DNA of 64,000 nt from Podarcis vaucheri (taxonomy: Eukaryota). The stretch lies in the NCBI GenBank assembly GCA_965113315.1, contig OZ220371.1; one strand, written 5' to 3'. Numbering within the stretch: the first letter of the stretch is position 1; each line of letters begins with the position of its first letter. The translations under genes and the position numbers were made by a program. The notes below the pieces were generated by a model. That model was not told the origin of the DNA and did no database searches. It was given only the letters and a program-made list of their open reading frames with translations. This document shows, one piece after another, positions 1 through 14,184 of the stretch.

Positions 1-282
1 AATATCATTTCCAGCTGTAGCAGGCCACATTTCTATGACTTTGCATTTTCTGTGTCATGAAGCATATCTAGCTGAAAAAATAATGGGTTGTTTCAAGGAA
101 TGATTAGTTAGTAAGGCTAAAGAGACAGAAGTTAAAGACCATCAGATCCAGCAAAAACACAAAGGAATATTTTTTTGGGGGGTGTTAAAGTGGTTCACTG
201 TCAGAAAGGGACCATTCATTTTGCAATAGGAACAGCTCTCAATTGTGTAACTTTGTGTTTCATATGCATATGAATGGAAGAG

Positions 283-500
283 AGCGCCAGTGTGTCGGTG
301 GTGATTAGAGAGTTAGACTAGGACCATAGAGGGCAGGGTTAAAATCCCCCCTAAACCATGAGGTCCTGTAAAATCACCACCTCCCAGCCTAACCTACCTC
401 ACAGGACTGTTGTGAAGATAAAATGGGAAGTGGAGAGAGCCATGTAGACCTTCTGGGAGAAAAGGGGAGTGAATGTATATAATATTAAATAAATAATAAC
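283..500 (+). mobile_element. Degenerate MIR/CORE-like SINE
   Basis: tRNA-like head, the motif cagcctaacctacctcacaggactgttgtgaagataaaatggg and an (aata)n tail; boundaries approximate. Confidence 0.55.
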
Positions 501-1884
501 GGCGCTCCCAGCTTGTGAAAAAACAAAGCACATGAAAACATGCTGCTTGCATATTCATTATTTGGAAAAATGCAGAGATAAATCAATTTATCTATGGAAG
601 CACCGCTTTGCCATTCTGTGCAGATTAGAATTTCTAACGCTTGATTTACAAGTGTGTAAGTCGAGCACAGATGAAGGCTGATTCAACACAGCAGGTAGTT
701 TAGGACCTGATGCTGCTTGTGTAAGGAAGTTTTCCCAATGCATGTGATGTCATCTTCATGCCAAGCCATATTATTTTACTGTTAAATCCAGATTTGCTCA
801 TTCCATTGACAATCCAGTCAAAGAGTACGGTGGAGCAGTAAATCAGGATTAATTGTTTGTGGAATATGGGATGGATTTTTCACAAGGATGTCATATGAGA
901 GCTGTGATAAAGTTGCATGCATAAAGAGCGCTAAACCCACAGTAAACTGCTTTGAGGAAGCCCCTGGAGGCATGCTGTTTACTCACTCTTACCAGGCTGG
1001 CTGATCTACATTCTCACCTCAAAACTTTAGAGGGAGGCACACCGCATCCCTCTAAACTCCTAGCAATCTTTTATGCCCCCCGCCTTTCTGTCTATTCAAG
1101 TATTGTAGTCCCCCCCCTAAACACTTCATCCAAGAAACTTCTCTCAGTAAAAATACCGAGTTGTTTCCTATTTGCTCTCAATCAGAAAACATCAACCATC
1201 CATCTCATGCATCAGCCAGCAATCTCCCCATTATATTGTTATGGCTGCATAGCAATAACAATATAATAAACCACTGGTAGACAACATGGTACCTTTTGAT
1301 GTTGCTGTAGCTCCCATCATCCCTGATCATCAGCCGTAGAGGCCAGGGCTGATAGGAGGTCTAGTACAACAATACCTGGAGGGCCACAGGTTCTCCCTCC
1401 CTCCCAATTATTTACTAAAAATAATGCAATAAAACAAAGAAAAAATTCTAAAGAAAACAAAATCTCTTTTCCCAACACTAGTGACAACTGATGGTTGGCC
1501 TCTGAGGATGATCTCAGGCTCTAAAGATATATGGATAGGCTCACATGAAGAAAGGTAACTGTACAGGCACCCTAGTGCAAAACCCTAAACATCTTTAAAG
1601 GAAAGCATTGGTACTTTGAACTGGGCTCAAACATGCCTGAACAGAAACCCTGGAGCACCTGATGCTCTGCTAACTAAAATATGCCACTCTGTCCAATTTC
1701 CTGTAACCTGTTGCTTCAAATTCCCGAGAAATACCTGTCCTGCTCCAACTCTTAAGGCCATGAGCCTGACATCTGACTAGTCAATTTATAAATCCTGATA
1801 TCAATCTTGTTTTGCATGTTGATTTCTGATTATATCCATATATTATAGTCTTGACTTTCAACACTGCTTTTCTCTGTGACTCTA

Positions 1885-2075
1885 AGAGGGCTGTAAGTCG
1901 GTAGTAGAACAGCTGATTTGCAGTAGTTCCCAGGTTCAAACCTTGGCATCTCAGGTAAGGCTGGGAGCAAACTCTGTCTGACATCCTGGAGAGCCCCTGC
2001 CAGTCAGTATTAACCATACTGAGCAATAGTCTGACTCGGTGTAAGACAGAGTCCCATTTCTTTCTTTTGGTCCTA
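1885..2075 (+). mobile_element. Degenerate tRNA-derived SINE with LINE-like 3' tail
   Basis: B-box-like ggttcaaacc followed by cctggagagcccctgccagtcagt; a similar decayed copy lies at ~21480-21625. Confidence 0.45.
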
Positions 2076-4659
2076 ACATGGATTCCTGGGGATGAGCACT
2101 TTGCCAGCCCTGCAGAGGTTTCTCTACCCGTTGATCTGTTGTGGATTTCATGGCGATAAATGCCACCTTCCATCTTCAACCACTGAAATAGTTCAGCATG
2201 TTGTTTCCATTTCCATCCTCATGGCAACCCCGAAACAGTAATAAAAATGAGGCAATTTAAAGGAACTCCATGCCTAATTGCTCTGCATTTCTTGATGTAA
2301 TGGTCTGGCCTAAAGAAGTGGGTGGAGAAGGAGAAGAAGGATGAGAGCAGGACACCAGTTTTCATTGCTGTTTTATGCGACTGGGAAGTATTTGCCTGGA
2401 AGGGTTATATGCATCTGCAACTATAGGTACATCACTTCCTTCTATTCCCCCCAAGACTCAAATATGTCTGACTCAAAATAGCTTTAATCAAGTCCTTGGC
2501 TCCAATTAAAGCTAACTTGCAAAGGACTATTTTATTCCTTTCACAGTAAGTGTTACATCTGCACAGAAAAAAACCAGGATTAACAGCTGCTGTTATTTCT
2601 TAACTGTGGAAATGCTACATAAATCCTCCGAGTTTGTAAAGTTCCTGTGAAGACCTCCAAATTTAAGGAATAAAGATCTGGATTTGACGTCTAGTGTTTA
2701 AGCCCAGTCATTCTTCATTATAATGAGAATAGCAGTATTCTCATACCTTCCTGTGACTTATCCTAATTTTATTGGTGGTCTGGTTTACTGTCTATGCAGT
2801 AGGGTCACATCTGGTCAAATGTGTAGTTGGTCGGGCCAGGCCTTCTGCTCCCAAGTATGTATTGAAAAATTCAGTTACTTTTTGTCTAATCAATAGATGC
2901 TGGAAAGAAATGTAAAATTAAACACCATACATTCATATCCTTGTAGCTGGTTCTTTGTCTTGGGTTTTCGGGCTACATCATGACACATAAAACCCTGATA
3001 TCTTGAAAGGAAAAAACTATTTCCATTTAATATCCCTCATCAACTACTGTCAAAGTTAAACAGTTCATAATCAGCTTTGTTTAGTTTATTGCACAGACTG
3101 CATTAATGGATTCAATGGAAATTAAAATTAAAAGAATTAAAAAAATGTTTATCTTCAAATTATGGTTAAAAATATATTAAAATATGCATTTATAGTATAT
3201 TGTTTCACAAGAATTTTCCTTGATTTTGTTTGTACCAAATGTTGCTGAAGGGTGGCTCCTAATGTTTATGGAAAAATGTCACACATATTAACATTCTTAT
3301 GTGAATACTGTAGATCTCAGATACATTTCTGACATACACAAGTGAATCCTAGCAATCGCTTTTCTGTGACTACTGACGTTCAGTGGTATTACCTGGGTGC
3401 CAGTGTGGATTTGTAGTTCAGCATCTCAGCTTAGCTATGAAGGAAGTGGGCTTGGTAAATGGTTCAGGCATTATAGATAGTAGACTGCTACAGGTTTACT
3501 TTCTCAGAAACCATCCAGTAATATCTCTAGTGATTCCAAAACACTGGGGGGGGGGATGGAATCTGATGAAAGGGAAACACAAAGCAGTAGATAGGGATGG
3601 AAAAGTAGTGGGCCTCAAGGCTGAAGTTTTGGCTATACTTGTTTAAAGCCAGTGGCTAAGGTTATATGCCTGAAGTGTTATGTTTTCTCTATTAAGTCAA
3701 GTGTTTGAAAAGATTCCAAAAAACATGAAATGTCATTGACTGCCATTTGCAGGCCTAATATTAATGCTTTCTTATAACTCCTTCCAAAATCTTGCATCCA
3801 AGATAATCAGGTTTTATTAACAATGAAAGCTGATTTCATGATCAAAGATAATTTAGTCACTGAGAGTAGTTTTTGGTGCAACGGTTCAGACTACCTAGAA
3901 GTAAAAATATTGCCCCTGCTTAGGAAAAATTACAGTACTGAGACCAGTAGGGGGTTAATTTAAAATCTACTCATTTCTATATAGCCATTAGCTTTTAGAA
4001 AATATATTGCACAATAAAGTAATCATAGTTTTTATTAAAAGGGACCCATTCCATAGACTCCAGCCATTACAATTTACCAGGGGCAGGCCCTATATTCTTA
4101 CACTTGCTCATGGTAAAGATCCATTCCTCTTTCATCCCTATACTGTATTGCCTTATTAGAACTTGCTTAGCAAAACTTACTGGAGTTGTTACGTATTTCA
4201 GGATTTAGCCCAAGGCTGCTCACTGTGTGAGGAGACTTTGCAATGGGTCTCCCCTAATACGAAGAAGCAGCGGGACTCAGAAATACTTCAATATCGGCAT
4301 TTATTTGCAAACAACAGATCAACAACTCAGTCTTGTTACATATGGTAGTGAAGACTAAGGTTCCAACTAGTTCCCACAGAACTATGGAGGGAAGCACACC
4401 CAGGGAGGAGAAATTCTATCACAGACCAAGCATGTCTCCTAAAGAGACAGTCCACAGTCACTATAAAGGCTAGGCTTAGCCCTCTATCCTGCAATTAGCT
4501 GTTAAATCTGAGGAAGTAATACATTAGGCCATGCCTATTTGCTCTCTTCCTTTCAGCCATTCACTTGCTCTCTTGCCACAGCCAAGCCCCCAAAAGTCAA
4601 TTTCAGTTCAAAGAACTAACTTCTTTCCAAAAATGGAAAAAAGGAAATGGGGAAAAAAT

Positions 4660-5160
4660 ACATTAAAATAGATAAATCCATTTGGTATCAAATATATATG
4701 AACTATTGATGGGATATTATAAAATAGAACAAATGAAAAAGAAAACCCATCAGGATCACTTAGGCACAAGACTTAGGTCATCCTATAAAGTTTATAATTA
4801 TAAACCCTGGTGTCTGGGAAAACATCTGGAAATACAGTATTAATTTCTCATATTGAATTAATTTAAGAAAGGGCTGTTATAAAATTATGATGGTACATAA
4901 CTCCTTAAAGATTACATAGAACTACAGACAGCTATAATCGTCAGTGCTGGAAATGCAAAAGAGAAACAGGAACCTGACTCCATTTATGGTTGGATTGGCC
5001 CCATGCTAAGATTTTTTTGTGTGTCTAATATTAACAAGACTTTCAAAGGAGTTACTGGAACAGAAATACCTCTTGACCTTCTAATACTTTACTGACATAT
5101 AAAAGCAATAAATAACAGTCACTGAAAATTGTTGTACTTTGTGATAGCTACAACTAGAAT
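4660..5160 (+). mobile_element. Decayed L1/Tx1-like LINE ORF2 3' fragment
   Basis: tgctggaaatgc...catttatggttgg reads CWKC...HLW, resembling the L1 ORF2 C-terminal CCHC finger; A-rich strand. Confidence 0.45.
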
Positions 5161-8023
5161 ACGCCAAAGTTCTGAGGGATCATGAGACTCCTACAATTGC
5201 AGAAAGAGAAACCAGGGCAGGAAGAATCATAATTTTTTAAACGGCAAGACACACCTTCAGTTAGGGGTGCCATATTCGAAAGATCAAAAAAGAGTGGGCC
5301 GTCAGAGGTTTGGAGCTGTTGGGACTTCCAATCTTGGAGGGAATTTGAAACATGTTTTAAAATACCACATGGAGTCTAGTCTGGACTATGAGAAAGGGGC
5401 TGATTTGTTGAAAAGGGTCAAAAACACTACCAAGCTGGAGTTCCCACGAGTGAAAGGAAAATATGAAGAAGAACTGTGGAAGGGACATGGAAGAGATTTG
5501 AAGGCCTCGGATATAAGATCACCAGGTTAATGTGCCAGACTAATGGGATAAAAAGGACTGACAATCCTGGGACCGGGGGGAGGGGACGCTGGAAGAAGAT
5601 TGGATTGTTTTTATTCTCTTTTTTATCATCAGAAATGTTTTATGAACGTTGCAAAAATGTTGAAATGAACTCGGGGAGGCTTATTAAAAAGCCTGAACAA
5701 TAAACAGATGTTCCCTTGACCCTAACATACCATAAATCAAGACTGAACATTGACACTAAATATGAATGGCTTTAATCAGAAAATAATTCAATTATTAGTA
5801 ACACTATCAGGCTGCATAGTGAATCCTTAGATGGGAAATACTTAAAGAAATGCTTTGTGGTGAGGATACTTAGGGGCTGTCACTTCTCTATTTTTATCTG
5901 CAAAAGTGATTATTGGTACACGTGTTGTAATGTCTCAAATACCCACTGGGTCCTATAGTAAATTTGTATTTCACTTGTTGAAAAATTCAGATAGTAGTAC
6001 TGTCTAGCTAGCAGTTATAGAAGAACAAATATATTTTTAAAAAAAATCAGTTCAAGCAGAAAGAAATGAACAGCTGTGAGTGAATGTAAATGAAATCTTG
6101 GTTTTCTAATGACTCCGTCCCTGGAATCCCACATATACTCCTTCCCATGCTGAAATTAGGCTGGAAAGAAGGATTCTGTTGTAGCCCAGAGAATAGGTTG
6201 TGGTGTGTGTGTTTTGCCTACAGCGCTTTCCCAGGTTTGCAAATGGGCCCGCAGGTCTGAAAAAGTGGGTGGTCTCTTCTTTATAAGCTACTTCTGAATA
6301 GATTGTTTGATGGATTCATATAGCTACTGCCCATGATCTTCCCTATCCAAACAGAGATTCGCTAGCTATAATATGTTTCTCTATTCAAACTGGTTCTCAT
6401 CAGTTCCCCATTTAAGGCACAGTCTAGCTACTGTAAAATTATTCTACAACCGTTACCAGCACCACCACTTTCGACCTTAGTTTCTATTTTCATTTGGCAG
6501 GAGCACATTGCCACCGGGGGGGGGGGCTTAATGAAAACTCAAATTAGTAGATAAATCTGAAGCTTTGCAGTTATGCAGTTTCTTTAAAAAGAAAATAAAA
6601 GGTATGTCTGTATTGGGTTTTTATCAACCCCCAGCCTTGCGTTACACAGTACGTTTTACTGCTGAGTCTGAAGCCTTGGAATGTAATGATATCATCAAGT
6701 AGGGACTCTGGAGAATTCTGTGGTCTGTCAATCTCTCCAGTTAAACATTTCTCTTTATACTAGCATTTCTTTATAGCAATATCATTTTCTCCCTCATGCA
6801 GGGTATGACAGTTCCCAATTGTTCAGACACATAAATAAAACACCAGATTAGAACAATATAATCACCAGCCCCTTCCATTACACAGACATGGTCTGGGGGG
6901 AAAGAGGCCACCATGCCGGGATAAACAAAAGTACATAAATGTCTTTATCCTTTAGCCTGGCCTGCATTTGGGGTATAGATGTCTGTAGAAATGAAAATAT
7001 GGACCAGATTCCTCCCCCACACCCAAATCCTCACTTTTTGTGGTGGTAGACCTCAAGGCAAACTGGATTCCACTTTGCATCAAAGAAGGCATACAGAAGG
7101 TCAATTTTAATGTCACCCGGAAGCTTCAGTGTCAAGGTGTGTTTGTGTGTGTGTGTTGGGTTTGAACTGACAGGACAGAAGACTTACTATTTGCAATTTT
7201 TCTTAGGGAATTATTAGGGCATCTGCAGCCTATCAATATAGGGAGGAAGGGATTGAAGAGCATGCTGGGAAATTTAGGGTTACACAATTAAAGTCTATTT
7301 AAATGCTCTGTTGTGCTGCTGAAAGTGATGGGGAAATGCATTCAAAAGCATGGGATGGAAAAAAAAGATTAGTGAAAAGAGGTATAAACTGCCTACAAGC
7401 AAATAAAGATGAATGATCAGTGTCATATAACCTCACTGCAAACAAATCAGAATGGACTCTCAATAAAGACAATCTAACCTTTGTGTAAGCTTTATGCAAG
7501 CAAATCAGGTTGAATGATTTCCTCGCACAAAGCTTACACAGAGGTTAGATTGTCTTCACTGAGCATGCATTTTGATTTATTTGGTCCATATTTTGATTTC
7601 TACTGACATCTCCACCCCAGCTGGAGGTGTGGGTGTTTTGCCTAAACAGTAATCACAACATTTATGTATTTTTGTATATCCCCAGTTTCTACTTTCATTT
7701 GGCAGAAGCACATTACCCCAAAAAGAAAGAAAAAACATGGGACAATTCAATGATCAGTGGTAAATTTCTACTCCCGTTTCCATTTCTAATAGAATTCTGC
7801 ATTATCACTATTTGCCATTTATTTGTGTGCTGTTTTGCAGATCCATGATAGCTGTTTGCAAACCTGCTGCAAGATTCAGACCATTTAGGAAGACATAGTA
7901 AAGGGGTAGTCTCTACAATATATAAAATACTGCTCCAAGACACTGCAAACCCCCTTACCATGGTTAAAAACAAATGGGAGCATGACATAGGATACAAATT
8001 AAACCCTACCCAATGGTCTAGAC

Positions 8024-8209
8024 CAGGGGTAGTCAACCTTTTTATACCTGACGCCTACTAATGCATCTTTCTTGATGGTAACATTTCCTTACCACCCACC
8101 AGTGCTCGACGGAAGGAGGATTCAGCTTGTGCCATAGAATCCCCTGCCACCCACCTAGAATCCTGAAACGGCCACTTGTGGGCAGTAGGGACCAGGTTGT
8201 CAACCCCTG
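8024..8209. mobile_element. hAT-family MITE
   Basis: TIRs caggggtagtcaacct / aggttgtcaacccctg; perfect 8-bp TSD gtctagac (8016-8023, 8210-8217). Confidence 0.9.
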
Positions 8210-11200
8210 GTCTAGACTGTGGTCTAAACCACCATTTAAATCCATCTCAGCCAAAAGAAGAGAACTCGCCCTAAAACATATATTGATGGTACCCAACTCC
8301 ATGGAAGCTGTCACTGACATACCCAGGAGCCTCATCTAAATGCTAGGGGGCGCTGCACATCCATAGGCACATAGCTCCACAAGTGATGGGAGTGCCCCAT
8401 ACGACAATCCTTCTGAGTATCAGTGCTGCAGGAAATTTCCAAAATAACAAAACAGGTAAGCAGCTCCAGAACTAGCCCTCTTAAATCTCTTCCATGGCAA
8501 CAACAACACACACACACAAGGCAAAAATTTCCCACAGATTTCAGTAATTTCGCAGCCCAAGAACCTTCACCCCTAGATCTGCTCTGGAGGGTCCTCTCTA
8601 AAGCAGATTTGGGGGTGCAGACTACATGGAGCAGGGTGAACATATGAAAATTACTTCCTTCCCTGTTTCACAGAAGTTCAGATGATAATCACCACTGGAT
8701 CACCCAATCTTTTCAGTCCGTATTCTCCCCTGACCCATGCAATCACACTGGGAAGAAGTAAGGTCATACCCTGTGGAATCACATCTAAATCATTTGCCTT
8801 CCTCCCACACCTACACTTCCAATCTCTTCCAACTCATAATTTCCCAATCTTTCAGCTCCAGCTGATTTCTCCATAACTAAGAACATAGCATATTGTTTCA
8901 CAGAACACAATTTACCATTCCTTCAATGCTAATGCCAAAGATACTTTAGATAATGAAACAGAGTTCAGCTTTACAGGAGCCTATGGCTCCTTTCAAGTTG
9001 TTTTGCTGTTTCTCGATTATCTGTGGTTAAAAATAAATCTATGCCTGTAGAACAATACCAGCTACCAATCAAATCTTCATATGAAGGGTACTCTCTTTTT
9101 AAAAAACGTTCATTAGAAACAGCAGTGCTGGGCCAGCTGGTGTTCAGTTCTTCAATAAATATTTCTTTTAAAGCCATATCATGTTACCTTCTGGGTTTGC
9201 TAATTATGACCTTTTGGGCTAATTACTCTGAGGAGTACATCTGGTGATCACATGATTTTAATTCCCCTTTATTCATATAAAGCTAAAAGTATGCCGTGAA
9301 TTGTACCAAGTTTGTTGTAACATAGAAAACAGGATGTTACCTGATTTCACATGAGGCAGTCATTACTTCCTTTTGTCCTAAGTAGACAAACATTATTCTC
9401 CAACTTCCTACACTTTCTGTTGACTCTATAACATCGAACAATAGTTTAGGCCCTGGTTTTGCAGTATGGAATATAGAACTTCATTGAATTTGTAACATAG
9501 CATGGGTTGTCAGGTAGTTCATCCACTGGTCATGCTGACTCGGGCTGATGAAAATGTATACCCAACAAGTTCTGGGAAGCACCATGTTGCTTACCTTCAG
9601 TCCATCATCCCGTTTCCCAATAGTGTCCAGACAGATGCTTCTGGGAAGCCCATAAATAGGGTATGGAGACAATAGCCTTTCCCCATTGTTGTCGTGGTTG
9701 CTGATATTGCCCATGAACCATGGAAGCTCCACTTAGCCAATCATAACATTTAGGGATTTATAAAACTATGCCATGATCTCTTGGCCATATAGTTTTGTTT
9801 TGTTTCTTTTTTAACCAAAAAGACCTAGATGCTTAACTTATGCCTCACAAGGACAACACACTTGGTTGTGTTGCCCTTTTATGTATTCTGTTAGGGAAGG
9901 GATATCCAAAGTGTTTCCCTCCATATGTTGTTGGTTGCATCATCTCTGAACATTTACCATGCTGGCTGATAGGAGTTTGAGTCCAACAACACCAGGAGTT
10001 CAACAACATCTAGCTCGTTTATTCTGCCAGTACTCGATTGTTCAATACAATTAAAGCCCTGTAGAGATTGCATTACCTTTCTCAAAGAACAATTTTGCAT
10101 TCTTAATTATTCTGCTGTTATGTAACTGGTCACAAAGCTCACTTTTTCTCCCATTACTATTCATTTGAATATAACTTTAACTGGTTTTAGTTAAATAATT
10201 AAACAGCCACTTTGATGGCATCTGTTCTGAAGGCACTGACTTGCAATTTCTCAAACTTTAGAAGAATTAGTCTTGTCTTGTTACTTTGGTCTTTTATTCC
10301 CCACCCCCTCCAAGTGGCCGAACAAAAGAAGCAGCAGTATTTTCATGACCTGCAGTAAAAGAATAAAGCTTATGAGCTGGCAATGACTTTCCCCCATAGG
10401 AATATCTGCCATTCGTTCTTAACTAGAAACATCTCTTTAGAAAGGAATGAAAGAATTAAGAGGTCATAGCCCATTGGGTTATGTATAGAAAAAGAGCCTT
10501 TAGACATCGGATTAAGTCATTTTCCAGTAACAATTTGCAGACCTGGGACAACTTCTCTTGTGTTTTTCCATTATAAAAACATTGCTCTGTGTCGGTGTTT
10601 TGAATATATTATGAACCATTGTAAACAACAGTTGTAACAATAGTCCACTCTTAATGAACACATGGATTCCTTGGCTCTGAAGGTACAAACTGAGATCTGC
10701 CAACAACATTTTTCTTAAAGTGAAATTCAAAAGTAAAATTGGAGGTTTTTATCTGAGCAAAATAACTGAGGAGCTTTGAGGGAATTTGGCAGTGAAATAA
10801 CAAAACTGCCTGTCCCAAACATGCTTACAAGAGGAGAGCGTTCCAGAGATGAGGTGCCACAACACAGAAGGTCCTTTCTCTCATTACCACACAACAGGTG
10901 GTCAATACTGTCATGTTAAGAGGAGTCTCCAATAAAAGTTTTGAGTACAGGCAAGATGATAGAGCAAGAGATAGCCCTTCAGGTATTTGGGTCTCAATCT
11001 AAGGGTGCAATCCTAATCTCAGTGGGATTAACAAAGTGCATATGCAGTCCTTCTGTGGACCATGTTGCAGGTAGGCCAGGCAAACTTCTGTACCAGTTTG
11101 GAGCCAGGGCAGCGATCAGACCCAAATTGGGTCCAATATCATCATGTGACAGCAATGGGATTGGCTCAAATCTGCCTTCCCACCCCTGGAATGTCTGGCT

Positions 11201-14184
11201 TGGGGGCTTTCCATGATTGCCACCAGCAGAGAGCTTTCCAGTGGAACTTCTGCTTGCAACACTGAGCGGGTGAAATGTGGAGCTCTGCACCAGTGGAGTG
11301 ATAGTGGTGTCATCTTGCAAGTAGAGGCTGGCAATGAGGTAAAGCGGGGTTGGATTGCACCCTACATAAAATAAAGTTTTAATGCGGTTAACTAATTTTT
11401 TTCTAAGGAGTTCCTTATATCCATGTTCCCAAATTCCATCTAATAAAACATTCAAGGTGACTTGGGAGGTTATTGCTCAAGCATGACATTTGAGGAATTT
11501 TGAGAAAAGCTGTAAAAAGTGTTGCTAAGAGCAGCTGAGTTTCTCAAAGGAGGTTTGCATATCCCTGTTTAAAATTATATCATTTACTGGACAGCTTTGG
11601 TTGGTAAACTATACAAACATTCATGTTTTATGGATGGAAGCCATTTTGAAAAAAGATATACTGTACTTGCATTCATTTTGAATCTTCTATGCGATGAGCC
11701 CAGAAAAAGAAATCAACAGCTATTTTAGCAATCAACTGTAGTTTAAGGTAGTGACTGTCTCTCTAAGTTTTAAACAATCACCCTTCTCAATGGAAAAAAA
11801 ATCACTGGATCCGTTATGCAATTCCCAAATACTGTAGATTCAAGAAGGAAAACAAACAGAAAATGTGCACTATTTACAGCAACTGCAAAGAATGGGGGAA
11901 GTTGCACAACTGAATTCATACTAATTTAGTAATTTTATCTTTCTTCCATGAACTTCTGGAATAGCTTTTATAAGATTATATTAGGTGATATCATACTCCA
12001 TCTTGCCTCAGCCAAATATGCAACAGTCAATGTTAAGTGCTGGAAATATGGCACTAATAGTGCCAATTGGTTCCATATTTATATAGAATGTCCTAAGTTT
12101 TTATCCTAGTGGAAATCGATTATGAGCCATATAAAAGATAGGATGTCTTATGAACTACATTTACTTTTATTGATACTTTTTTGTTATTTAAGAATGGACA
12201 CTCCTCTTAGTGGCATGAGTCTTCTGTCTTCTTTTGATGCCCCGCCTCTCTGGGTGACATCATTGAGCATGCCTTCTCTTCTGAACGACTCACTCTGTCA
12301 CAGCAGGCTGTGCCCCTGAGTCCTACTCAGTTTCCACAGGCTAAGAAGGGGCAACACCTGGATCACTTGCCTTGTCAAGCCTAGATGCATCTGGGGGCAG
12401 CAGGAGGGATTCATCAAGCATACTACATGGTCTTATTATCCTCCCACTTCTCCAATTTCTAGCCCAATTCCATTTGCCTTCTCTCCTAATAAAGCAATAG
12501 ACTGAATTGTTCTGGCACTTTTTGACATCATTCTTTGGCCTCCCTGCACCAAACCCCTCACACATTTCCTGTGGATCAGCGTGCTCTTGCACTCAGCCCC
12601 TCTTTGTTGGCTTGTCACAGGAATCTGGTCGGCCACTGTAAGAACAGGATGCTGGAGGAGATGGGCATTTGAGAATTCATCCAGGCCCGTCTGGATGCAT
12701 TGCCATGCATTTTAAAATCTTAGTAGTTTTCACTCTTGATCAAAATGCATGATACTATTCCTCCAAAGGCTGGTGTGCTATGTAATATCAGCAATAGGTC
12801 AGTACAGAGTGTGCATCTTGTTTGCAATATAATATAAATGCAAGTGTTCATATTATATTAGAAACAGATGCAATTTCATGTAATCCATACTGATCAGGCC
12901 TTTCAATTACTTTTTGCTTTAGCCTTTCCAGAATTACTTCTGACATTTTATTCACTGGCATAGTAATCACAGGTCATTTTAAGTGACCCATAACTAGCCC
13001 TTTGCCAAAGAGGCTTAGAATATATTTTCTTTCTTTCTTTCTTTCTTCATTTGTGGAACTGGAAGTTTTGGAGTAAAGGTTATCCAGGAAAGGGTGAGTT
13101 AAAATTCCACAGAGCAAATTGCATGGACATATTTCCATACAATCATATGCACAATAGAAGACAAAATAAAAAATGTGATTGAGAGCAATGAATAGCAGGC
13201 TCCCCAGCAGAATGTTGCCTCTCTCTTTTTTTGGAAACTTCTTGTTCCTTTATTTTTGAACTGGAAGTGACAAAGGTGGGGAAACACTTCTCCAACTTTT
13301 AGAGAGGGACCATAACACCCACTGCTGAGAGCCCAGTGCCAGTCCAATACTTACTGCTGCCTGAAGCAGAGCCCAGATGGTATCCTCAAACCTGCAGCTG
13401 AGCAGATCAAATCCAACCACCTGCCTTTTGCTTCAGGCAAATTTACTGCACAAAGAGCTATAACTGCTCTATACAAACAGGTGTAAACCACCGATCTGGG
13501 CCCACATTCTGTATCCAAGTCATTAAGCACATTTGGAAAAGGTGAGACACACTGGCTATTCACTGGAACATTATTGCCCTCTCATAAAAACCTGCAATGC
13601 TTCGGTGACTTTAACAGAAGAAGCGACTGTGCATTGCTACCTGGAAAAAGTAATGGTTCCAAGTCCGTATCAGTTGCTTTTTCTCAAAAATTAGGACACA
13701 GTATTGTTCCTAATATTGGTTAACTTTCTATCGTCGTGGCATAGAACTTACTTAAAAGTTTATGTTGGTTTATACTTCAGGCCTGATCCTGAATCTGAGC
13801 AATTATGCCTGCTGAAGAGTTGCACGTCTACTTTAAAGGAATGTTAATGTCTATACACAGTGACTTCAAATTCACCTTGATGCAGCTAGGTTTAGGATCA
13901 AGTATTATAAGCAGACACAATATGATGAGGAAAGGTAAGGGGATATTGTTAAACTGTATTCAAGAGGAGAACTTTTAGGAAGCACATCTTTGTCCATAGC
14001 TGCTCTCCTCCTGCCCAATCAATGCATGCCCCCTCTTTATGAATCTTTGACAGATAAACTTTTTTACAAACTTTTTTTACAGCACCTAGTATGATTCGCT
14101 AACATGACACAACATGTTGTAGCTCCATGATAAAGAGCATATGCTTTGCACACAAAAGCACCATGCATCTCTGAGTATTAGATA

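Noticed and set aside
8971-10730. Minus-strand host exons suggested by short ORFs and AG/GT sites
   Set aside because: No consistent frame or known protein; part of the region resembles decayed LINE tails.
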